Shown here in pieces: positions 9,246 to 17,807 of a stretch of DNA of 64,000 nt. Location: the NCBI GenBank assembly GCA_018333525.1, contig JAGXTF010000118.1, positions 53,064 to 117,063 on the forward strand, in the 5' to 3' direction. Origin of the DNA: Bacteroidota bacterium (GTDB taxonomy: Bacteria; Bacteroidota; Bacteroidia; NS11-12g; UBA955). How positions within the stretch are numbered: the stretch's first letter is position 1; every line of letters starts with the position of its first letter. The position numbers and the translations under genes were made by a program. Under the pieces are notes generated by a model. That model searched no databases and was not told where the DNA came from. It was given only the letters and a program-made list of their open reading frames with translations.

Positions 9246-11813
9246 TTAGAATTGTTGTCCTATGAAGAAGTGTATTTGGCCTGGTTTTCCGCTTCTGGGA
9301 ACGTTTTTCCAATCGAAACCATAAGCCCAGTCCAAACCAACCAAACCAAACATGGGCATAAACAAACGGATACCTACACCGGCAGAACGCTTTAGCTGAA
9401 ATGGATTGTATTTTTTAATACCTGACCATGCATCGCCAGCTTCCGCAAAGGCAAGACCGTATACAGTTGCAGTTTGTCCGGTAGTAATAGCATATCGCAA
9501 TTCCATGGTAAACTTATTAAAAATTGGTGCACCCGCCTGGCCACCCATAGCTGTTTGAGAGACGGTATAATTGTCGTATCCGCGTTGGCTTATAATTTCT
9601 GTAGCTGCGATGTTATATCCGAATATACCTGCACCACCTACCTGAAACCTTTCAAAAAAAGTCAGCCCCAAATCGGGATTGTAATATCCCAAAAATCCGA
9701 AGCGCGCTTTTGTAGTGAGCACCAATTTTTTCCATAAAGTGGTATACCATTCCGCATCAAATTTCCATTTGTAATATTCACTCCACCTGTATTTTTCATT
9801 TACGGAAAGGTTGGAATAATTTTTATTGCTCAGCAGTGAAAACGGCGGTGTAGCTTGTAAAGATGTGGTAAAAGAGGAACCTGACATTGGATAAATCGGG
9901 TCGGAAACAGAGCTTCTGGAAAGAACTATTTGCAGAGATGGATTGTAAGAAATCCCGCTAAATCCCGTTGGAAAACTATAAATACCCGCATTCAGATTTT
10001 GAAATTTATATTGCTGAAAACTGAATACATATTGAATGCTGAAAAAGTCATCCGGCCATTTCAAACGCTTGCCTAAAGATACTGTGGCACCTGTATTATA
10101 GAATACCTGCCGTGTAGGATCTTTGCGTTGTTTGTAATCAAAACTATTTACTGTATGAAATAAAGAAACGGAAAATGAATTCGGTTTTTTACCGCCCATC
10201 CATGGTTCCGTAAAACTGAATGTGTAGCCCTGATAATTGGAACCGTTACTTTGAGCGCGTAAGCTGAGTTTTTGTCCATCACCAGTTGGAACAGGATTCC
10301 AATTTTGTATTTTAAACATTTTTCGGGTACTGAAATTGTTCAGTACCACCCCTGCTGTTCCCAATAGCGTTGGGGTACTGGAATAACCATTTCCACCCCA
10401 ACCTCCGCTCAGTTCTATCTGGTCGGATGGTTTTTCCACCAATTTGTATTCAATATCTACAGTTCCATCTGCAGGATTGGGCTTTGGATTTACATTCATT
10501 CCGGCGGGGTCGAATAAGCCCAGAGCTGCCAGGTCACGCATGGTTCTTTGAATGTCTCCCCTGCTGAAAATATCGCCGGGTTTGGTACGCACTTCCCGCA
10601 AAATAACGCGGTCGTGGGTTTTGGTATTGCCTGTCCAGGAAACCTTGCCAATACGCGCCTGAGGTCCTTCGTAAATGCGAATTTCCAGGTCGATGGAATC
10701 ATTGTGAACACCAGTTTCTACCGGTGTAATTGAGAAGAATAAATATCCGTCATCCATATATAAACTCTGCACATCAAATCCACTTGGATTCATGGTGAGT
10801 TTTTCTTCCAGCAATTGCTGGTTAAATACATCTCCTTTTTTAATTCCCAATAATGAATCCAGCAGAGTTGTACGAAATTTCACATTTCCTTTCCAGTCAA
10901 TTTTGCGGAAATAATATTTATGACCTTCATATACAGTGAGAATTACATTAATTCTTTTGTTGTTGATATGTATAACGCTATCGCTCAGAATTCTCGCGTC
11001 CCTGTAGCCTTTAGAAAGGTACTTGTTCATGATATTCTGCTTTTCGTCTTCGAATTTTGTTTCAATAAATTTGCTGGAAACAAATAAATTTATTTTATGG
11101 TAACGACGTTTTATTTTTTTAATGCTTTTGCGGAGATCTTTGTCATCCAAACCTGAATTTCCTTCAAAAACAAAATCATAAACCCGTACTTTTTCACCTT
11201 TCAAAATATAGATTTCGAATTGCTCATAACCATCCACTAATTTTTTGGTAGAATCCGTCTTAGCGTAAGCAGGTTCACGCAAAATCTGAATGGTGGCATT
11301 CAAGTACCCTTTTTCTTTAAAATACTTAAGCAACTTAGCTCTGCTGCGGTTTACAAGATTTGGAGTAATATATAATCCGCGCTTTAATTCCAGTTCTTCC
11401 TTTAATGATTTCGCCTGAGAATTGTTTACTCCGTGAAAACGGTATTGGTATAATCTGGGTTGTTCTTTTACTACAAAATTTAGAATAATATTTCCAGGAC
11501 TGGTTTCCCTGAAATACACCTGTATATCGGAGAAATAATTTTGCTTCCACAAATTTTCAATTGCCTTTGGAATTTCATTTCCTGGCAATTTTATTTTTTG
11601 TCCAATAGACAATCCGGAATAAATCACAATCAATCCTTTTGGAATAGGTTTGTTGTTTAATTCCTCAACCTGAATTCCTTTAATGGTGTATTCCACCGGT
11701 TCCAGATAATTGTATTCAAATGGCACGTAATGGCGCATGGAGTCTCCGCCCTGGGCTTTTAAAGAGTCCAGTGAGAAAACCGATAAAAGAGCAATGAAAA
11801 AGTATATGCGCAT
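9246..11813 (-). CDS. bamA: Outer membrane protein assembly factor BamA
   Basis: POTRA repeats (GNTKTHDRVILRE), RGY motif, C-terminal HFFIGQQF; start ATG 11813 followed by a signal peptide. Confidence 0.95.
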   Translation of the reverse strand: MRIYFFIALLSVFSLDSLKAQGGDSMRHYVPFEYNYLEPVEYTIKGIQVEELNNKPIPKGLIVIYSGLSIGQKIKLPGNEIPKAIENLWKQNYFSDIQVYFRETSPGNIILNFVVKEQPRLYQYRFHGVNNSQAKSLKEELELKRGLYITPNLVNRSRAKLLKYFKEKGYLNATIQILREPAYAKTDSTKKLVDGYEQFEIYILKGEKVRVYDFVFEGNSGLDDKDLRKSIKKIKRRYHKINLFVSSKFIETKFEDEKQNIMNKYLSKGYRDARILSDSVIHINNKRINVILTVYEGHKYYFRKIDWKGNVKFRTTLLDSLLGIKKGDVFNQQLLEEKLTMNPSGFDVQSLYMDDGYLFFSITPVETGVHNDSIDLEIRIYEGPQARIGKVSWTGNTKTHDRVILREVRTKPGDIFSRGDIQRTMRDLAALGLFDPAGMNVNPKPNPADGTVDIEYKLVEKPSDQIELSGGWGGNGYSSTPTLLGTAGVVLNNFSTRKMFKIQNWNPVPTGDGQKLSLRAQSNGSNYQGYTFSFTEPWMGGKKPNSFSVSLFHTVNSFDYKQRKDPTRQVFYNTGATVSLGKRLKWPDDFFSIQYVFSFQQYKFQNLNAGIYSFPTGFSGISYNPSLQIVLSRSSVSDPIYPMSGSSFTTSLQATPPFSLLSNKNYSNLSVNEKYRWSEYYKWKFDAEWYTTLWKKLVLTTKARFGFLGYYNPDLGLTFFERFQVGGAGIFGYNIAATEIISQRGYDNYTVSQTAMGGQAGAPIFNKFTMELRYAITTGQTATVYGLAFAEAGDAWSGIKKYNPFQLKRSAGVGIRLFMPMFGLVGLDWAYGFDWKNVPRSGKPGQIHFFIGQQF

Positions 11814-11817
11814 GGTT

Positions 11818-12582
11818 TTAATGAGGGAGCATTTGTTCGCTGGTTTTACCAAAACGTCTTTCACGACTTTGGTAATCCAATATAGCTCTGTAAAAATCTT
11901 CACGTTTAAAATCCGGCCATAAAACCGGGCTGAAATGTATTTCACTATATGCAATTTCCCATAGTAAAAAATTGCTGATTCTCTGTTCACCGCTGGTGCG
12001 TATCAACAGATCCGGATTGGGAAATTCACCTGTATTTAATGCAGAATTCAATGCATTTTCATCAATATTTTCCGGGGTTGTTTTTCCGGATTGGATATCC
12101 CGGGCAATTTTTTTTACTGCCTGAATAATATCCCATCTGCCGCTATAACTCAATGCCAGAATCAGGGTCATTCTTTTACCTTCTTTGGTAGCTTCTACGG
12201 TTTCAGCCAGTTGTAAGTTACATTTAGCAGGCAATTGTTCAATATTTCCTATGGTTTTCAGTCGAATTTCCTTTTCCATGAGGGTTGGGGTTTCATCCTT
12301 AATGGTTTCCACCAGAAGTTCCATTAAGCCATTTACTTCAGATTGCGGACGATTCCAGTTTTCAGTGGAGAAAGCGTAAAGAGTGAGGTATTTTACTCCT
12401 ATTTCCGAAGCAGCTTCAATAATTTCCCTTACTGTTTTTACACCGTGCCGGTGCCCGAATAAACGGATATGCCCCTTGCTTTTTGCCCAGCGTCCATTGC
12501 CATCCATAATAATGGCCACGTGTTCCGGAACGCGGGTCTTATCTATTTCTTCTATGGCTGCTGATCGTGGGGAGGACTTCAC
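11818..12582 (-). CDS. uppS: Undecaprenyl diphosphate synthase (isoprenyl transferase)
   Basis: HVAIIMDGNGRWA, YAFSTENW.RP, DLLIRTSGEQRISNFLLW. Confidence 0.97.
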   Translation of the reverse strand: MKSSPRSAAIEEIDKTRVPEHVAIIMDGNGRWAKSKGHIRLFGHRHGVKTVREIIEAASEIGVKYLTLYAFSTENWNRPQSEVNGLMELLVETIKDETPTLMEKEIRLKTIGNIEQLPAKCNLQLAETVEATKEGKRMTLILALSYSGRWDIIQAVKKIARDIQSGKTTPENIDENALNSALNTGEFPNPDLLIRTSGEQRISNFLLWEIAYSEIHFSPVLWPDFKREDFYRAILDYQSRERRFGKTSEQMLPH

Positions 12583-12694
12583 AAATAAGGGTGCAAATTA
12601 ACGCTCTTAAGGCCGTATTTACAGCACCATACGTTGGAAATTCGTAAATCTTTGACGGATATAATTAGAAGCCTGATAACGGACCTGAGCCGAA

Positions 12695-13546
12695 TCAGCG
12701 CATTTCGGGGCATGAGCCTGCATGAATACGGAATGCAAGAGTTAGCGCAAAAGAATAATACCAGTCCTTTAAATGGGTGTCTCCGCGCATGGTGTTGCTG
12801 TTGAATGAAGGATTGCCATTCAGTGTTTGGGCATGGCTGTATTGCGCCGAAGTAATGTTTTGCTTGTCTACCATGGTTTGGTAATCCGGATAACTCCGGT
12901 TTACATCATCCAGATTATCGGTAAAAGTTTTTCTCCAGCATCCTTCCAAACCAAAAATCCATACCCCCTCACCTTTTCTTCGTCGCAATGAAATAGCTTT
13001 GATACCAAACCCAATTGGGATAGATGGTTGTAATCTGGAGTACTTGTTTTTCTGTCTTTCCGTTCTCAGATTGCGCAGGTTAATATCTGTATTTTCAAGC
13101 CTTGTGGGATCGAACCAAAATGCGTTTAATCCGGTAAGGAAATAAGGTGACCAGGTTTTGTCGTGGGTATTGGTGCCGAAAGGTTGGAAGTTGAATTCAA
13201 ACATGTTTCCCAATTCCAGTATGGAGGTTTGAAAGGTAAGGTTTCGCAATCCATACGTTGGATCTCCCTCATCTGTTCCCTGAATTTTGAGATAGGAGGC
13301 TTGCAGCCTGTAAGAGAAAAAGCTGTTCATGGTGTACTTGTAATACAAACCACCGGCTAAATGTAGGCTTTTTGCATCAAAACTATGTGAAAGGTCTCCG
13401 TTGTATCCGCTTACACCTGCATGGGCGCCAATTTCAGAGCGTCCATCAAAAAATCTCCGTTGCGCATGGATATTCCCCACCGTGAAAATCACAGCACCTG
13501 CGAGTATGAATCGCCATATGATATTACGATTTAAAACGAGAAGCAA
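12695..13546 (-). CDS. PorG-like/DUF6089 beta-barrel protein
   Basis: Y.GDL, RNL.F, IPIGFG, RKTFTDNLDDV, DWYY; usual position upstream of uppS. Confidence 0.75.
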   Translation of the reverse strand: MLLVLNRNIIWRFILAGAVIFTVGNIHAQRRFFDGRSEIGAHAGVSGYNGDLSHSFDAKSLHLAGGLYYKYTMNSFFSYRLQASYLKIQGTDEGDPTYGLRNLTFQTSILELGNMFEFNFQPFGTNTHDKTWSPYFLTGLNAFWFDPTRLENTDINLRNLRTERQKNKYSRLQPSIPIGFGIKAISLRRRKGEGVWIFGLEGCWRKTFTDNLDDVNRSYPDYQTMVDKQNITSAQYSHAQTLNGNPSFNSNTMRGDTHLKDWYYSFALTLAFRIHAGSCPEMR

Positions 13547-14460
13547 ACCTGCTTACCGCCAACAATTTTGCGGGTAAGGGTAAAATTAAAAAACATATAC
13601 CAATCTTTAGCGGTGGAAGTTCCCCGAGACATTCCGGGGTCAAATTTCAAATATCCTTTTTCAGCAGAGCGGTCGCGCATGGCGTTTGCCAATCTGCCGT
13701 TGTTTCCTTCAACTATTTGTTCGTCAACATAATCACGGCTCACATCATCCAGATAGTCTGTAAATGTTTTGCGCAAACCGAATTCTATACCCCATGCCCA
13801 AAAATCGTCCCATTGCTTTTTATAGCCCACACCAAATGGAATACAAACCTGAGTTAATGCATAGCGTTTGCGGTCGTTGAACTTAGTGGTTTCCTGTCCT
13901 TCTGTTCCCAATGGCTGTAGTTCAATCCATTGGCCGTCAAAAACGGCCAGATCGGCATGATGCACCGGAGTTGCTCCTGTGGGGTCATTCACCAAATCAG
14001 GGCTGGAGTTATAGGTAAACAATGCCCTTGGATTGTATTTGAACACTCCCAGCCCGGCGAACAAATATGGTGAAGATGGGGTTCCTCTTTGGGTTTCACC
14101 GAAACCCAGAATATTATATTCAATGGTTCCGCTAAATTCAATCACAGGAGAACGGAAACTCAGGTTTCTTCTGGCTCTAAATGGATCATCGCTGTAATTG
14201 CTGTCATGGCCGCTGATAATGCCATAAGCTGCAGTACCACGGAGGGTAATAAAATCGGAATAATTAAAGCGGCAAATCAAGCCACCCATGGGCTTGGTCT
14301 CCTGCCAGGCAACTACTTTGGACAAATCGCCCATATAGTTACTTGCACCCAGGGTAATGCCAAATTCAATGGGTTTCCCCTTAAAGTGTTTGGCTTGGGC
14401 TGAAGCGTGTTGCAGGCTTATTGCCACAAGCAGGAACATGATGGTTTTTACAAATCTCAT
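13531..14460 (-). CDS. PorG-like/DUF6089 beta-barrel protein (paralog)
   Basis: NYMGDL, RNLSF, LQPLGTEGQ, RKTFTDYLDDVS, KDWY; TATATTTG box at 14476-14483 supports ATG 14460. Confidence 0.78.
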   Translation of the reverse strand: MRFVKTIMFLLVAISLQHASAQAKHFKGKPIEFGITLGASNYMGDLSKVVAWQETKPMGGLICRFNYSDFITLRGTAAYGIISGHDSNYSDDPFRARRNLSFRSPVIEFSGTIEYNILGFGETQRGTPSSPYLFAGLGVFKYNPRALFTYNSSPDLVNDPTGATPVHHADLAVFDGQWIELQPLGTEGQETTKFNDRKRYALTQVCIPFGVGYKKQWDDFWAWGIEFGLRKTFTDYLDDVSRDYVDEQIVEGNNGRLANAMRDRSAEKGYLKFDPGMSRGTSTAKDWYMFFNFTLTRKIVGGKQVCFSF

Positions 14461-14540
14461 TTTGTCGCTAATGTGCAAATATAGTGAAATTCTGCCAGTG
14501 TTACAGGTGGTGTCGTATTAAAACGATGGGTGAATCCCTT

Positions 14541-15338
14541 TTATTCTGTGGGTTTCATTAAAAAATAAACTCCCATGGTATAAAAGTTTCTGAGAAACGG
14601 AATGGAAGCCAGTAATTTAGATTGTCTTCGGGGTTTAATACCAAATTTGTATTCGTAAATTGGATTGAACAAATAATATGCTTCCGCCTTTTTACCAAAT
14701 CCGGTTTGTTTGTTAATTTTCAAAAATCTTTCAATGGAAATTCCTGTGCTTTTAATCTCGTACATGGTGCGTATTCCGCTTTGGTTTGTACCCATACATT
14801 GCAAAGCCCATTTGTAAGAAATTCCAGGCAGCAAATGGTACCAGGGAAGCTTGGAAGCCAGTTTACCGGGTAGAATCTGTTGGTGTCCACCGAAAGGCAT
14901 ATACCATGGAGGGAAAGCATAAAACACCATGCCCCCGGGTTTCAGAAAGCGATGCAGTTGAGGAATAAACCTCTCCTGATCGGGAATATGTTCGATTACA
15001 TCTTTGAGAATTACCAGATCAAATTTTCTTCCGATATCCTTTTCTATATCTACATCGTAAATGTTTTTATTTAAAAAAGCCACCTTTCCATCGGCCAATT
15101 CATCTGCCATAAATTCCCGGGCATGCACCAGACGGCTCTCTTCCAGTTCAATGCCAAAGGTACGATGTCCGAGTTCTGTAAATGCCTTGAGGACACCAGC
15201 TTCCCCACAACCAATTTCCAATACATCCATTTGTTTTTTCAAATCCACTGAAGTTTGTAAAAATGGAATAATATGGTTTTGAGTAACCTTACAGGTCATT
15301 TCAAAATAGCGCCTTTTATCACCGTGAAATTCGTACAT
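14541..15338 (-). CDS. Class I SAM-dependent methyltransferase
   Basis: VLEIGCGEAG, DVIEHIPD, FPPW..PFGGHQ. Confidence 0.88.
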   Translation of the reverse strand: MYEFHGDKRRYFEMTCKVTQNHIIPFLQTSVDLKKQMDVLEIGCGEAGVLKAFTELGHRTFGIELEESRLVHAREFMADELADGKVAFLNKNIYDVDIEKDIGRKFDLVILKDVIEHIPDQERFIPQLHRFLKPGGMVFYAFPPWYMPFGGHQQILPGKLASKLPWYHLLPGISYKWALQCMGTNQSGIRTMYEIKSTGISIERFLKINKQTGFGKKAEAYYLFNPIYEYKFGIKPRRQSKLLASIPFLRNFYTMGVYFLMKPTE

Positions 15339-15465
15339 CCGAAGCTGCGAAAATACAGAATTCGAAGGCAACCATTCTCGCCATATTGGAAAGAATGGAG
15401 AATGCTCTGTTTGGTTTCAAAAAAAATAGGCCGATGGATACAAAACCCTTTCTCCTCCTAAATGT

Positions 15466-15473
15466 TACCTTTG
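15466..15473 (+). promoter_or_regulatory. Bacteroidota -7 promoter box (TAnnTTTG)
   Basis: TACCTTTG 6 nt before ATG 15480. Confidence 0.55.
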
Positions 15474-15479
15474 GTACGA

Positions 15480-16964
15480 ATGAGCAAACCTGTAATTTCA
15501 ACCATTGGAGAATTAAAGAAAAGCGGATATACATCTAAAAGTATTAAAGAAGAATTGCGGGATAATCTGATACAGTCCCTTCGAGACGGTATTCAGGTTT
15601 TCGATGGAATTCTGGGTTATGAATTCAGTGTAATTCCGGAAGTTCAAACGGCCATACTTGCCGGTCATAACATTAATTTTTTAGGGCTTCGCGGTCAGGC
15701 AAAAACCAAATTGGCGCGTATGATTACCAGGTTATTGGACGAATGGACTCCTGTGGTTTTTGGCTCAGAATTGAATGACGATCCCCTGAATCCTTTGAGC
15801 AAGTATGCATTGAATTTGATTGCAGAAAATGGAGATGAAACGCCAATAGAATGGATGCATCGTTCGGACAGATATGTGGAGAAACTCGCCACTCCGGATG
15901 TTACTGTTGCGGATTTAATAGGCGATCTCGATCCTATTAAGGCAGCGAATCTACGGGTAGGATATCAGGATGAGAGAGCCATACATTTTGGATTAATTCC
16001 AAGAAGTAACCGCTGCATTTTCGTTATTAATGAACTCCCGGATTTGCAAGCCAGAATACAGGTTTCCCTGTTTAATATTTTGCAGGAAGGGGATATTCAG
16101 ATACGTGGATTTAAACTTCGATTGCCTTTGGATATTCAATTTATTTTTACCGCTAATCCGGAAGATTATACCAACAGAGGAAGCATTGTTACGCCATTAA
16201 AAGATAGAATTGGCAGTCAGATTTTAACCCATTATCCCGAAGACAAACTAATTGCAGCCAGTATTACAGCATCGGAGGCAAAACTTTCTGATAGCCAAAA
16301 AAGGGAAATTGAAATTCCGGTTTCCATGCGAAATATGATAGAAAATATTTCTTTTCTCGCTCGAAAAAGTGAATTTGTAGACCAAAAAAGTGGCGTTTCA
16401 GCCCGACTGGGAATTAGTATTCTGGAAGCTGTAGTTGCTGCTGCAGAGCGCAGAAAAATTATACATGGCGAAAAAAACACAACACTTCGGGTAGGTGATT
16501 TGTATCATGCCATACAGGCCATTAACGGAAAAATTGAAATGGTTTATGAAGGGGAACAGGAAGGCCCATACAATGTTGCAGTAAATTTAATTATACAAAG
16601 TATACGCGAAGAATTCGACCAAATTTTTGGTGGTATTTCTAAAATTAAAATGCGAAAAATTGGCGAAACAGATCAATACTCCCAAATTATCAGGTGGTTT
16701 GAAGAGGGAAATTTTTTACAATTGTTGCGAGATGATTCCGATTTGTCTTACCATAAAACATTAGAACAAGTAGAAGGGTTGAAAAAAATTCTACCTGCCG
16801 GAGAAAAAGATAATTATTTTTTGATGGATCTAGCGCTACATGGCCTGGCGGCCAATTCCAGGATAAGCAACACCCAGATTTCGGGGACCTTTCATTTTGG
16901 AGATCTGGTAAACTCTATGATGAAAATGACAAGTGAAGAGGATGATGAAGAAAGCTTTTCCTGA
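15480..16964 (+). CDS. Magnesium chelatase subunit I-like AAA+ ATPase
   Basis: GLRGQAKT Walker A variant, INELPDL, TANPEDYTNRG. Confidence 0.85.
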   Translation: MSKPVISTIGELKKSGYTSKSIKEELRDNLIQSLRDGIQVFDGILGYEFSVIPEVQTAILAGHNINFLGLRGQAKTKLARMITRLLDEWTPVVFGSELNDDPLNPLSKYALNLIAENGDETPIEWMHRSDRYVEKLATPDVTVADLIGDLDPIKAANLRVGYQDERAIHFGLIPRSNRCIFVINELPDLQARIQVSLFNILQEGDIQIRGFKLRLPLDIQFIFTANPEDYTNRGSIVTPLKDRIGSQILTHYPEDKLIAASITASEAKLSDSQKREIEIPVSMRNMIENISFLARKSEFVDQKSGVSARLGISILEAVVAAAERRKIIHGEKNTTLRVGDLYHAIQAINGKIEMVYEGEQEGPYNVAVNLIIQSIREEFDQIFGGISKIKMRKIGETDQYSQIIRWFEEGNFLQLLRDDSDLSYHKTLEQVEGLKKILPAGEKDNYFLMDLALHGLAANSRISNTQISGTFHFGDLVNSMMKMTSEEDDEESFS

Positions 16965-16997
16965 TTTGGTATTATTTTTGGAATCTCTGAATAAACT

Positions 16998-17735
16998 ATG
17001 AACAGAACTTATTTTTTGGGTGCGGTAATTGCTTTGACTTTTACATCCTGTGACGTACTTATGCAGGCGGCTTCGGTAACCCTGGCGCCTACAAATGATG
17101 AAGTGGTAAGCGGATTAAAAGAGGCTCTGGTGAACGGCGTGAGTACCGGTACCAGCAACCTCAACAAGCGCGGGGCTTTTTTTTCCAATGCTGCTCTTAA
17201 AATATTATTGCCACAGGAAGTGCGGGATGTGGAAGGCAAGATTCGAAACAATGTCATGTTAAACGCATTGATTGGTCCGCAATTGGATAAGTGCGTTCAG
17301 GCCATGAATGACGGTGCCGAAAATGCTATGGGAAAAGCAATGCCGATTTTTAAAAGTGCAGTAACCAATATGAGTTTTAGCGATGCAATGGGAATTTTGA
17401 AAGGTGGAAAGAGTTCTGCCACCAATTATTTAAAATCAACTACTACCACGGCCTTGCATCAGGCGTTCAAACCTGAAATCCAAAAGGCTCTGGACGAAGT
17501 TAAAATAACAGAATATTGGAATCCCATCGTTACCAATATCAACAAATACAAAACGCTTTTGGGCTTATCCAAGGATATTCAAACCGATTTAACCATGTAT
17601 GTAACAGAGAAAGCAACTGCCGGATTATTTACGGAAATTGAAAAGGAAGAAAATGCCATTCGCGAAAATCCCGTAAAGAGAACTTCGGAAATTCTGAAGA
17701 AAGTATTCAATTACGCAGATACGCAGGTGCAATAA
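16998..17735 (+). CDS. DUF4197 family lipoprotein
   Basis: Lipobox TSC, GLKEAL..G, EE..IR.NP..RTS.ILKKVF. Confidence 0.88.
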   Translation: MNRTYFLGAVIALTFTSCDVLMQAASVTLAPTNDEVVSGLKEALVNGVSTGTSNLNKRGAFFSNAALKILLPQEVRDVEGKIRNNVMLNALIGPQLDKCVQAMNDGAENAMGKAMPIFKSAVTNMSFSDAMGILKGGKSSATNYLKSTTTTALHQAFKPEIQKALDEVKITEYWNPIVTNINKYKTLLGLSKDIQTDLTMYVTEKATAGLFTEIEKEENAIRENPVKRTSEILKKVFNYADTQVQ

Positions 17736-17807
17736 ACTGCCAATTGGTTTCGTTTATGTAGATATTTGGTTAATTTTCCGGCCAATTAACTAGATTTACC
17801 ACCCTGA

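Noticed and set aside
11814-11990. 59-aa N-terminal extension of BamA in the ORF track
   Set aside because: Overlaps uppS; the signal peptide begins at ATG 11813.
12695-14460. Tandem porG-like paralogs as a novelty
   Set aside because: DUF6089 genes upstream of uppS-bamA are ordinary in Bacteroidota.
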